Virus record (IMG/VR): IMGVR_UViG_3300045988_154892
Direction: 5' to 3' (one strand)
DNA from: a virus
Length of the DNA stretch: 64,000 bases
This document shows, piece by piece, positions 29,282 to 38,484 of the stretch. How positions within the stretch are numbered: the stretch's first letter is position 1; every line of letters begins with the position of its first letter. The position numbers were made by a program, and so were the translations under genes. Under the pieces are notes generated by a model. It ran no database searches. It was not told the DNA's origin and saw only the letters and a list, made by a program, of their open reading frames with translations.

Positions 29282-31857
29282 ACCTCATTAAATTTATCCA
29301 CAATTGATTCAGCCTCATCAGCTTGCATATTAAAACCTTGTAACGTAGAAACCAAACTTTCTGAAGCCGATTCCTGCGTCATATTATCTCCAACTCTCTG
29401 ATACAAGGTTGTAACATCAGAAAGTTTCTTGGCATCGTCAAGCGACCAACCCAACTTTGACCAATCCGCAGTACTACTAATTACATCACTAACTGTAGCA
29501 CCATATTTCTTGGCACTTTCAGCAGCCTGATCCCAGTACTGACTTAATTGGCTCTCCGATGCGTCACTTGCGACTTTTGCCAGCTCAATCTGAGCATCAT
29601 TAATTTCCTTTACATTAGAAACAACCTTTGATGGAATTTCCATAACGACATTCTGTAACATGCCGTAAATTCCCGTAAACTGAGCAATTTGATTAACAGC
29701 ACGTTTTGTATCTTGCCAAAAACTTGCACCTGTTAATCCTTCGGCAGAAATTTTTGCCTTCAAATCTCGTGCTTTAGCATCAACTTCTAGCTTTTGTCCT
29801 TCTGTTGTTACATTTTTATAAGCATCACGGACTTCTTCAAGCTGTGCCTTATATTTCTTCCATGCCTTGCTATTGTTGTTGATATAAGATTGCATCTCGT
29901 TTGACGCACGTAAAGCGACACCAGGTGCGAGAGTAGCAGTTTCCTCTGCCTTGACCTGTTTTATCGCTGTCTTATATTTTTCTTCCTCTTCAGTCATCTT
30001 CTGAAGATTCTTACTTAAACGTTCAACCTCTTCGTCACTAAGATCAGAAACCTTAGTGTCTTTCATAGACTTTTCAAAGTCTTCACGGATCTCTTTGAAT
30101 TGTTTTAAGTTTTCTCTTGCACGAGTTAGAGATTCAGAAGTCTGCCCTTCATATTTAGAGAGATCATTTTTATAACCAGCTTCCGTTGCAGAATATTTGC
30201 CTGTTGCTAACTCTTTTTGAACTTCCGCGAGCTTTTTGCGCGCATTAATTTCCTGCTCGATATTAGCAATGGTTTTTGAATTGTCATAATCAACAGCCTT
30301 TGTAATTCCAGAATCCTTTGATGTATAAGCCGTTCTCAACTCATCCAGTTTATCTAATTGTGATTTACTTGCAAAACCATCAGAACTTTGTACGAGCTTG
30401 TCGATTTTATCAATAGTTTTCTGAAGTGATGTGCTGTCAAGATTTTTAGATAAAGAATCGCCAAGTGTTTTTGCAGTTGTTTCGACTTCACTTAGTTTTG
30501 AATTTAAAATATCCGCATCCGCAGCGATTTGAGTTAAGTTACTATCCGATCTTTTTGACAATTCCGTTTTAATACTGTTTTGCTTTTCGTGAATGGTTTT
30601 AACGGCAGCGTCAAATGAGTCTAATATGTTTTCTGACCCTTTTTGTCCGGCATATTTTGATCTTATTTTTTCAAACTTGGCATCCAACTGTTGAATAGAC
30701 GCATCTGAAACTAACTCTTTAACTTGAGCTACTTTCTTTTCAAGAGACTCTTGTGTTTTCTTAGCGGTTTTATCCACGGCAGAAGAACTGTTTTTAGAAG
30801 TCTTTTCCATTGTGCTATTGACAAGTGTCATTACATTTTTAAACTCTTGCCCAGCAGATGTACATTCATCAAACTTTGCAGTGATCTGATCCATTGATGC
30901 GCCAGAATTAACAAGATCCGACAATTCCTTTTCAAGCGACGTTATAGTTGAGTCAAGCGTCCGCGCTCTTTCAATGGCTTCTGTTGATTGTCCAGAATAA
31001 TTATTTAACTGCTTTGTTCGTAACCCTTGACGAATAGCAGTATTGTCATCATTCCCGTAAGCTTTTATGGTATTATCATTTTCTTTTCTGTAACTATTGT
31101 ATCCATTCGACTTTCGTTGGAAATGAGCTAAAGATTTTTGCTCAAGTTCGTCATTGTAAAATCCTAATTTTCTTGCATCAGAAATGTTTGTTCGAATTTG
31201 AGTCATTTCGTCTCGCAAATCAGAAATTCTACCTTTTACATAAGCTTGATCTCCAGTAGCAACTTTACCTTTAGCAGATTTCGTTTTTAGAGAGTAATAC
31301 TCTGTAATATCCTTATTTAACTGAGAATATGCTTTACGAAGATCAACTACGGTGGCTGTTTCAGATTTTAATTCGCCTTTATCATTATAATTTTGTTGTA
31401 CTCCGTTTGACTTTGTATAACTATGAGATGTAGAGGACTTGCCGTTTTTTCCATAACGAGTAGATCGTACAACTTTGTCAGCATTTATTCCATCAAGCTG
31501 ATCTTTATCATCCGCAGTTTTTTTTGATGATTTTGTCTTAGTTGTTGATTTCTTAGACTTTTTTTTGATCTTTTTATCTAGATCATCTATTTTCTTTTCT
31601 GCAGTAGACGAAACATCTGTATCAACCGAAATTTTTCTCTTTTTTTTTACTTTTTTATCTAACTTATCAAGTTCAGAATCATCAACCTTTGGCTTAATAT
31701 TTGTGCCAGCAAGTTCTTGAAGAGCTTTATTTGTTGCCTCCAAAGTCTCTTTTAGATTTTTTGTATCATTGGTAATCTCTTTAATACCTTGACTGATTTT
31801 GTCTTCCATTTCGGCTCTGATTTTTACTTCGCCTATATATTGTTTTGAGTCAGACAT
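29282..31857 (-). CDS. Tape measure protein, exon 1 (858 codons + 2 nt)
   Basis: ATG follows GGAGG. Lys-rich, coiled-coil N-terminal region ending in the TP901 core start (..ESIVDKFNEV). The track tail NIAASICSNVYALCA is intron read-through. Confidence 0.8.
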
Positions 31858-31870
31858 TTATACCTCCAAT

Positions 31871-32401
31871 CTAATCATCATTTAATATATCATTGATTCG
31901 TTTTTCAATTGCTATATTAATATAAGGGGACAACCGTCCAGATTCTATCTGTTGTTGAATGTATTCTTCTGGTGTCGGAGATGTATTTGGCGTCAATAGC
32001 CATCTGCCTTCGCCGTGCTTTCCCTCTTTGAAAAACTTATCAAAAGCATCTGCAGCAGGTAACGAACTTCCACCAAAAAAACTTGGATAATCGCTCATTC
32101 CTCCTTCATTTGTTATAGCATACAAACCAGAACCTTCGGATGATACCGACGTTTTAACCCCAGTTTTGAAATTATTTGTTCTTTTATAAACAGATCCTTC
32201 ATCATGTTTATAATATTCTGCTAATGCCTCATCTTTTAATTCATTCATTTTTGGCTGTAAATCTATAGCAACTTGATTTGCAATTTCTGAAGAAATGTTA
32301 TTTAATCTTTTTACTTTTTTTTCGTTTTTTTCAATTGCTTCTTCACATTCTTTCAATAAGTCATTGATCGAATTAAAAAGTCCATCCATAGATATAGACA
32401 T
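31871..32401 (-). CDS. Hypothetical protein (176 aa); position fits a tail assembly chaperone
   Basis: Immediately upstream of the TMP. No motif recognised. Confidence 0.3.
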   Translation of the reverse strand: MSISMDGLFNSINDLLKECEEAIEKNEKKVKRLNNISSEIANQVAIDLQPKMNELKDEALAEYYKHDEGSVYKRTNNFKTGVKTSVSSEGSGLYAITNEGGMSDYPSFFGGSSLPAADAFDKFFKEGKHGEGRWLLTPNTSPTPEEYIQQQIESGRLSPYINIAIEKRINDILNDD

Positions 32402-32472
32402 GATATATATCTCCTTGTTATAGAAAAATCTTCTGACATTTGACTGCCAGAAGATTTAATTAATTCTTATTT

Positions 32473-33081
32473 TTATTTATTCTTTTCTGTCATTCTTTTC
32501 TGTACATCCATTACGGTATCAACCATCACATCTCGAATTGCTTTTGCGTTAAGCATTTTACTTTCATTCATTTTTTTAAGAATATTCATAATCATTCCAA
32601 TGCTTTCTGGATTTTCAAGAATAGGTTTTGCGGCAACCTGAACATTTCGTCCAATATTTGCTACAGCATTTGCCATTTCTGCAATTTCCGTATACATTTC
32701 ATGTTTTTCATCCGTACAATGAATCATCTTTTGTAGTTTAAAATCTACAATCTTTTGTACACTTTCCATCACATGGTTTTTGGTATTAATGTATGTAAAA
32801 TTAATATCATTTTTCTTATCTGATTTATCTACATTGTAAAAAAATTTATTTACATGTGCGTGAAGATTTTTATCTTGCATAACACAATCATAGATTACAT
32901 CGTCTTTTTCAAATTCGACACCTTCAATAAAATATGAAGCAATTGCCACGATAAGTGCAGCTTCCTTATTCCACGGTGTATACTCACCGCCTTCAAACAT
33001 ATAATCTACAATGAAGTCAATTGCATTTTTCTCATCTGCAAGTGTAATAACCGGTTTGATTTTTACATATTTTGTAATCAT
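32473..33081 (-). CDS. Hypothetical protein (202 aa); position fits a tail assembly chaperone
   Basis: Second ORF upstream of the TMP. No slippery-site frameshift was seen. Confidence 0.3.
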   Translation of the reverse strand: MITKYVKIKPVITLADEKNAIDFIVDYMFEGGEYTPWNKEAALIVAIASYFIEGVEFEKDDVIYDCVMQDKNLHAHVNKFFYNVDKSDKKNDINFTYINTKNHVMESVQKIVDFKLQKMIHCTDEKHEMYTEIAEMANAVANIGRNVQVAAKPILENPESIGMIMNILKKMNESKMLNAKAIRDVMVDTVMDVQKRMTEKNK

Positions 33082-33281
33082 TTATTTTCTCCTTTTTGTT
33101 CCTGATAAACTCTAACTTCCCAATGATATCCGTCATCTGTATGAATACTATATTTATCAGAATAAGCATCATACTTCACCTGACAGATCTGGGAAGAGTT
33201 TTCTACTATTTTGAAATACAAGTGTGACGGCAAACAATAATTTCTCTTTTTTAAAATATCATCTATTTCACTGGAGTACAT
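33078..33281 (-). CDS. Hypothetical 67-aa protein
   Basis: Its start and stop overlap both neighbours, suggesting translational coupling. Confidence 0.4.
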   Translation of the reverse strand: MYSSEIDDILKKRNYCLPSHLYFKIVENSSQICQVKYDAYSDKYSIHTDDGYHWEVRVYQEQKGENK

Positions 33282-33792
33282 TGTTTACCTCGCATGTATC
33301 TTTTATAAACTGCTTAACGTCATAAGAATAATTTACCTTTTTAATGTGTGACTGCACACGTACAGTATCGTATTTTGCTAAATCCTTTTGATTAAAAGAC
33401 TTTTTGCCTATTTCTGAAATCATCTTGTTAAATTCCTGAATACTCATAAAATATGTATCATTGTTTTCTGTTCGAAAATTGAATAAAAATCCTGCAATTA
33501 AATTATGTTCGCTTGCGTCCGTAAGCTCATCAATTTGATTCTTTCGAATCATGCTTAGTGGGATACTTGTACCCTTAGTTGATTTTTGCTCTAAACAATA
33601 GAGTGTTTTTGACTTGTCATCTAAAACCAAACAATCACACATGTTATGACTTGCAAATCTTGTATTTTCACCAGATGCAAAGCTGGCTGCATTATCTTTC
33701 AAGCGATAGTACCAAACGTCTGGTAATTTATTAACAGAGTTTTTCCAATCAGCTTCAAATTGTTTTCCTGCGTTAATGGCGATTAAAATCAC
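33268..33792 (-). CDS. RecU-like Holliday-junction resolvase / PD-(D/E)XK nuclease (174 aa)
   Basis: GKQFEADW..YYRLKD..CDCLVLDD..LYCLEQKSTKG..IRKNQIDEL..AGFLFNF resembles the RecU core motifs (D..E.K) as I recall them. Confidence 0.45.
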   Translation of the reverse strand: MILIAINAGKQFEADWKNSVNKLPDVWYYRLKDNAASFASGENTRFASHNMCDCLVLDDKSKTLYCLEQKSTKGTSIPLSMIRKNQIDELTDASEHNLIAGFLFNFRTENNDTYFMSIQEFNKMISEIGKKSFNQKDLAKYDTVRVQSHIKKVNYSYDVKQFIKDTCEVNNVLQ

Positions 33793-33973
33793 TTCCTTCT
33801 ATATACAATAAAGCGGGAGAGTAGTGTTCAGTCATTTCTACTCTCCACAAAGAAAATGCCCTTACCAGGCGACTGAACTTTGGTCTAGTAAAAGCATTTT
33901 GGATGTGTTATAATAGTTAAACGGTCACAAGTTCTTAGTCTGTAATTTCAGAAGAAAGTTCTTGGTGATATCT

Positions 33974-34084
33974 ATGTTCTATGAAATGTATCCATTTCTC
34001 GTTCACGTATGTGCTTATTGGCGCTTCCGTCTTAATAGATGGGAATACGTTAGGGAGCACTGGCGTTCTTATCCTTCCCGATAG
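33974..34084 (+). CDS. W/R-rich 36-aa peptide, cassette A (MFYEMYPFLVHVCAYWRFRLNRWEYVREHWRSYPSR)
   Basis: My own translation. Paralog of 59089..59205; the differences are mostly synonymous (CGC/CGT, CTT/CTA, GTT/GTC, AGG/CGT, CAC/CAT, TCT/TCG). An extended -10 TGtTATAAT lies at 33906-33914. A 13-bp stem joins 33922-33934 to 34164-34176 and is followed by CUUUUUU. Confidence 0.6.
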   Translation: MFYEMYPFLVHVCAYWRFRLNRWEYVREHWRSYPSR

Positions 34085-34209
34085 GATAGAACACCACGCT
34101 TTGTAATTTTCCAGTAGAACCAGGGTTGAGCTTTCTGATAAAAACTTAACACGTCTATTGTGGGAACCTGTGACCGCTTTTTTACTTTCAATGAAATTCA
34201 TCTTTCAAA

Positions 34210-34887
34210 TTATTTCTTTTCATTGAATTTTAATTTTACTTCAACTGGTAATACAGGGAGATGCTCCATACAATAGTTAAACTTTGCATCTCCCGTATGG
34301 TTTCCGCCTATGGCGTTGTACGTTGCGTGAATACTGATAAACTCCTCAACCTCATCTTCTGGAATTCCATTATTAGCCAAATAAAATTTATATTTTTGGT
34401 TAATGCGATCCGCCAAAGATTCTTTTTGAGCTTGAATTAAATTTTTGATTTGTTCTTGTTCTTTTTCATCTGATTTAACAATTTGAGATATATTATCTTT
34501 TAATTCTTGCTGGATTTGTAAACTTTGTTTTCTATCATGGATTCTATTCTCAGAATATGTATTCACAATATTTTGCGTATCCGTGATAGCTTTACGGATC
34601 TCTTCCAGATATTGATCTAGATTTTCTTGTATTTTCTTATCATGTTTTATTGATTGACTGACATCTTCTTCACGTTGTTTTGAAAGTTCTTTTACCTCTT
34701 TTGCTGTATTTATAAGCAATTCATGTTCTTCTTTTTTCTCGCGCATTGCTTTTGTTTCAATGCCCAAGAATTCAAATAAAAACCAATGTAATACTTGAAT
34801 AATTGCCTGAAATCCTAGCAACGCTACAAAGATTGTTATTCCGAACGCCTTCCAGTCTATGCCAAAAAAGTCACGTATAGGTTCCAC
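34210..34887 (-). CDS. Membrane-anchored coiled-coil protein (225 aa)
   Basis: N-terminal TM helix (ITIFVALLGFQAIIQVLHWFLF) followed by a charged coiled coil. Adjacent to the holin. Confidence 0.5.
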   Translation of the reverse strand: MEPIRDFFGIDWKAFGITIFVALLGFQAIIQVLHWFLFEFLGIETKAMREKKEEHELLINTAKEVKELSKQREEDVSQSIKHDKKIQENLDQYLEEIRKAITDTQNIVNTYSENRIHDRKQSLQIQQELKDNISQIVKSDEKEQEQIKNLIQAQKESLADRINQKYKFYLANNGIPEDEVEEFISIHATYNAIGGNHTGDAKFNYCMEHLPVLPVEVKLKFNEKK

Positions 34888-34903
34888 ATTGCACCTACAC
34901 TTT

Positions 34904-35164
34904 CTAAGCCTTTGGCTCTGTGTAAGTCATAGCATTCTCTGAATCGCCAGCACCAGCAGTAGTAGGATCAATAACAATACCTAAAATAGCGAGCACAACG
35001 AATGCCGCATTAACAACATTTACAAGGTTATTTCCAAGTTCACTCAGATCAATCGTAAATCCAAACACTGCAGCAACAGCCTGGATTAATACAATAACTG
35101 CTGGAATTAGAGAAATCCAGAACATTTTATTTTTTGCTCTTACGAGCCAGTTAATATTTTTCAT
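34904..35164 (-). CDS. Holin (phi LC3 / LL-H-type), 86 aa
   Basis: MKNINWLVRAKNKMFWISLIPAVIVLIQAVAAVFGF..VVLAILGIVIDPTTAGAGDSENAMTYTEP matches the characteristic INW..R.KNK.FW...DPTT.G..DS pattern of this holin family. Confidence 0.8.
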   Translation of the reverse strand: MKNINWLVRAKNKMFWISLIPAVIVLIQAVAAVFGFTIDLSELGNNLVNVVNAAFVVLAILGIVIDPTTAGAGDSENAMTYTEPKA

Positions 35165-35169
35165 ATTCG

Positions 35170-35418
35170 TTACCCTCCATAGTTTTTGATCAGGTCGTAT
35201 GATATTCTCAATGGAACAACGAAAAAATAAGTATCATTGTCTTTCGTATCATGCCGGTAATATTGAATATATTTGTTTGCTAATTTTTGACTTGAAAACT
35301 TTGTGCATGATTCGATATCCGAGAAACAATATGATCCCATGTGGAGAGATTTAAGATATGTTCCATCAGCAGTCGCTAATACATATCTAAAAATTTCTTT
35401 TTCTTGTATATATTCCAT
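35170..35418 (-). CDS. Hypothetical 82-aa protein
   Basis: Tightly packed ORF with no recognised motif. Confidence 0.4.
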   Translation of the reverse strand: MEYIQEKEIFRYVLATADGTYLKSLHMGSYCFSDIESCTKFSSQKLANKYIQYYRHDTKDNDTYFFVVPLRISYDLIKNYGG

Positions 35419-35421
35419 ATG

Positions 35422-35646
35422 TTATTCCAATTCATAATTACACCACTGCTGGTATACTTGTGCAGAATCCTTTCTTGAAAAAATCATCACAATAATATTT
35501 CGATCATTTTTTGGATCTACGCTCGTATAAATATCAATTGGAAATACTCCGTTTTTGATATACAAAAGATATTGCTTCGGATTTACAATCCTGCAGACAT
35601 CTTTTTCAGAATAATCATACGGCTTTAAGTGTGTTTCAATTTTCAT
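35422..35646 (-). CDS. Hypothetical 74-aa protein
   Basis: Tightly packed ORF with no recognised motif. Confidence 0.4.
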   Translation of the reverse strand: MKIETHLKPYDYSEKDVCRIVNPKQYLLYIKNGVFPIDIYTSVDPKNDRNIIVMIFSRKDSAQVYQQWCNYELE

Positions 35647-35746
35647 CCTTTTTCTCCTGTTTAAATAGCGTAAAAAATAGGGATATACAAATTGAATAGT
35701 GGTAAATTTATTTGTATATCCCTAAAAATTAAATCACTATTCAAAA

Positions 35747-36064
35747 TCATTTTTTATCTCCTTCTGCAGGAGTCTTATTGACAGTTTTCTTTGCTATTTC
35801 TTTCTTTGTTAACTCTGTCAATACCGTTGTAATGTCATCAGAATATTTATCTATTTCCAATTTACAATTAGAAATCATATCTTTTGCATATTCCTTATTG
35901 TAGACGCCATCTTTGTATCCTGTAACGGCATCAAAAATATCATGGCAGTCCTTTGAGTCAAAGATTAACATCCAAGACGGTTTTGCTGCATCGTCCTCAC
36001 AAACAGGACAATATGTATATTCTTTTCCACAGACAATACAATTTCTTTTAATCTTTTTTGCCAT
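35747..36064 (-). CDS. Small zinc-ribbon protein (105 aa)
   Basis: CIVCGx7CPVC near the N-terminus. Confidence 0.45.
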   Translation of the reverse strand: MAKKIKRNCIVCGKEYTYCPVCEDDAAKPSWMLIFDSKDCHDIFDAVTGYKDGVYNKEYAKDMISNCKLEIDKYSDDITTVLTELTKKEIAKKTVNKTPAEGDKK

Positions 36065-36115
36065 TAATTCTCCTTAATAAAACGGCTGGCATATTTCAGC
36101 CAGCCATATCATTTA

Positions 36116-36907
36116 TCACTCGTCCTCTTCAATATCATCTTCTGCCATATAGAATTCATACAGAGATTTATCAGTAGAGCAGTAGTCTACCTGGAGATCT
36201 CCTTTGTATTCTAGCTGTGCATCAGTGGTAAGCTGCAGAGAAATCTCTGGGGATACCTGGAAAGATGGAAGCACAATATAGCAAGCACGAAGAGTGTCAA
36301 CAGAACATGGATCTACGCACAGAGCCTTAAGAGTAAGGCGTACGGTAGATGGGAATTTGTCTGCTTTGTTCTTAATCGCAAAACCGCTAGTAACATCACG
36401 ATCATATTTAACAATAAATAGTGTAGTGCTATCATCGGTCGGTAGATCAAGTTTCTTAGATGCGGTAGTATAACCAAATTCAGTAGCAGACGCCGCAGTA
36501 CTTTGTTTATAAGCTTTGCCCATAGAGCCATTTGCGCCCCATGCATTTACTTTAATTGTACCTTCTTTTGCATCTGTAAGAGTAAGAGCTGTACCAGCTT
36601 TTACAGTCATGATTTTTGGCATAGTAATCTTTGCAGAAGCAGAAGCTTCTTGTACACCAGTACCTGCAGCAGCACCAACAATATTAGTGTTGATCATCGC
36701 ATTATTTGCAGTATATGTACCAGTTTTTCCTTGCCAGAATTTCTTAATCAGAGTACCTCTTTGGTCAGTGGCATCTTTAGATTCAGCAGAAATATCAATG
36801 GTAGAATCGGCTAACTGGGACAGAGCATACAGAGGGTTGCCGTCTAAGGACTCTGCATAACCAGTTAGAATTCTATCAATGATAATATCACCTAACATAA
36901 AACTCAT
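36116..36907 (-). CDS. Major tail protein (263 aa)
   Basis: True start is MSFMLGD at 36907 after AAGGAGGAAAACACT. Ala/Thr/Gly-rich beta-type sequence with an acidic C-terminus. It sits between the connector genes and the chaperones/TMP. Confidence 0.55.
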   Translation of the reverse strand: MSFMLGDIIIDRILTGYAESLDGNPLYALSQLADSTIDISAESKDATDQRGTLIKKFWQGKTGTYTANNAMINTNIVGAAAGTGVQEASASAKITMPKIMTVKAGTALTLTDAKEGTIKVNAWGANGSMGKAYKQSTAASATEFGYTTASKKLDLPTDDSTTLFIVKYDRDVTSGFAIKNKADKFPSTVRLTLKALCVDPCSVDTLRACYIVLPSFQVSPEISLQLTTDAQLEYKGDLQVDYCSTDKSLYEFYMAEDDIEEDE

Positions 36908-36953
36908 AGTGTTTTCCTCCTTATTTTGTTTTTGTAAAATAAAAGACCAGGAA

Positions 36954-37829
36954 TTATTTCCTGATCTGTTTAATACGTTCATTTATTTTCGACCGATCAG
37001 AATTGACCTGTTCGGTTTTATTTTCATTTTGTTTTTGTGGTAGAACTTTTTTAGGCGTTGTCGAACGCATAAAATTAAATTGCTCCTTTGGGATTTTTTT
37101 CGTATCACAGAATCCGCTGTAAGATCCGCCTAGAAGTGCATGTGTAGCTTCATAGATTTGTAGTCGCTGAACACTATCCATGAATTCATAAATACCAACA
37201 TTTTTTAACTGTTCCGTCGTGTATTTAAATCCAGGGTGATTAACACAAAAAGAAATCATCGGTAGAAGAGTAGATTCATTTTGATTATTAGCAGCAGCCT
37301 TTTTCATTTGAATAGCTAGATTCTGTTCATCTTCATCAATGATGGCTTCTTTTGTAGCTCGTCCTTTTGCTTTTTCTACTTTTGGATGTCGATTAAACAT
37401 TGTCCGTAAATATTGAGCCATATATTGATATATAGCCTCATCCAAAACAACGTTTTGATCTTGATCACAAAGCACAATATTCTCTTCTTTATCAACATAT
37501 TGAATCAACTGAGAAAAATCATAACCATCAAAAACCAACTCTGTAATTTCTGGTTGTAAGCTACGATACGTCATCAAAAAGAGTTGATATTCAGAAAGTT
37601 TGTTCCAATCTATACCAGCTTTCCATAAATATAACCTATGAGTCGTTGGATTGGTAACAAACGGCGAGATAGAAGCATTCAGTTTATCTTCTCCAAAAGA
37701 TACAATATTCCCTATTGTTGGTTGCACAATTTTAATAATATTATTTACTACAAGATCTTCTGCAAAATATAATTTAAGCTGATCAAATTTAAAATCATAT
37801 TTTTTTGTGTCTTTGTTTGTTTCAGTCAT
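36954..37829 (-). CDS. Hypothetical structural-module protein (291 aa)
   Basis: ORF coupled by ATGA overlap to the upstream gene. No motif recognised. Confidence 0.4.
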   Translation of the reverse strand: MTETNKDTKKYDFKFDQLKLYFAEDLVVNNIIKIVQPTIGNIVSFGEDKLNASISPFVTNPTTHRLYLWKAGIDWNKLSEYQLFLMTYRSLQPEITELVFDGYDFSQLIQYVDKEENIVLCDQDQNVVLDEAIYQYMAQYLRTMFNRHPKVEKAKGRATKEAIIDEDEQNLAIQMKKAAANNQNESTLLPMISFCVNHPGFKYTTEQLKNVGIYEFMDSVQRLQIYEATHALLGGSYSGFCDTKKIPKEQFNFMRSTTPKKVLPQKQNENKTEQVNSDRSKINERIKQIRK

Positions 37830-38476
37830 TAGACACTCCGAAATTTATTAATCATCTGTGTCTTACCATTGATTGTTTTTGTAAGAGCGTTCGTATTTGT
37901 TGCTTCAAATACCACCTTACGAACAACATAGTTAGTGTCAGATGTATATTCAGAATTTAGACTCATGGAACATTGTGTTCCTAAAATATTCGACCAGTTG
38001 AATTTCTCTCTTAGAATGCTGGCTATAAGATCATGTCTTGGAATACCTGTAGGTTCATCGATCGTGTCTTTTGTATGAATAAAAATAAGCATTGTTAAAG
38101 ATGCATATTTTTCAACTGAATTATATTTTGGAGTATCCTTAAATCCCGTCTGATAGCATAGAAAATTTCTAGCATGATCCTGAACTTCAGGAAAGAACAG
38201 ATATGGTCTAATATTTCCATTTGCTCCAAAATAACGATCCCATTCACCTAAAGGTTCTCCATTCTCGTCAACATTGAGATTTCCATCATCATCAAATAAC
38301 TCATCTTCAAGATCTGTCTCGTGGAGAGCATATAACAACTCTGGACAGTGAAGAAGAGCGTTTTTTACTTTTTCTTTTACACGAATGTTTTCGTCATCCT
38401 GTGTTTCTGCATAAGATTGTAATTTATTTAGAAGACCTTTTCTGTCTTCAAAATCATAGATATATTTTTCCGACAT
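37829..38476 (-). CDS. Hypothetical structural-module protein (215 aa)
   Basis: ORF in the head-tail joining region. Confidence 0.4.
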   Translation of the reverse strand: MSEKYIYDFEDRKGLLNKLQSYAETQDDENIRVKEKVKNALLHCPELLYALHETDLEDELFDDDGNLNVDENGEPLGEWDRYFGANGNIRPYLFFPEVQDHARNFLCYQTGFKDTPKYNSVEKYASLTMLIFIHTKDTIDEPTGIPRHDLIASILREKFNWSNILGTQCSMSLNSEYTSDTNYVVRKVVFEATNTNALTKTINGKTQMINKFRSV

Positions 38477-38484
38477 AAAACCTC

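Noticed and set aside
33935-34201. 88-aa - strand ORF opposite micro-gene cassette A
   Set aside because: It has no SD. The synonymous-substitution pattern between cassettes A and B fits the + strand 36/38-aa frame instead.
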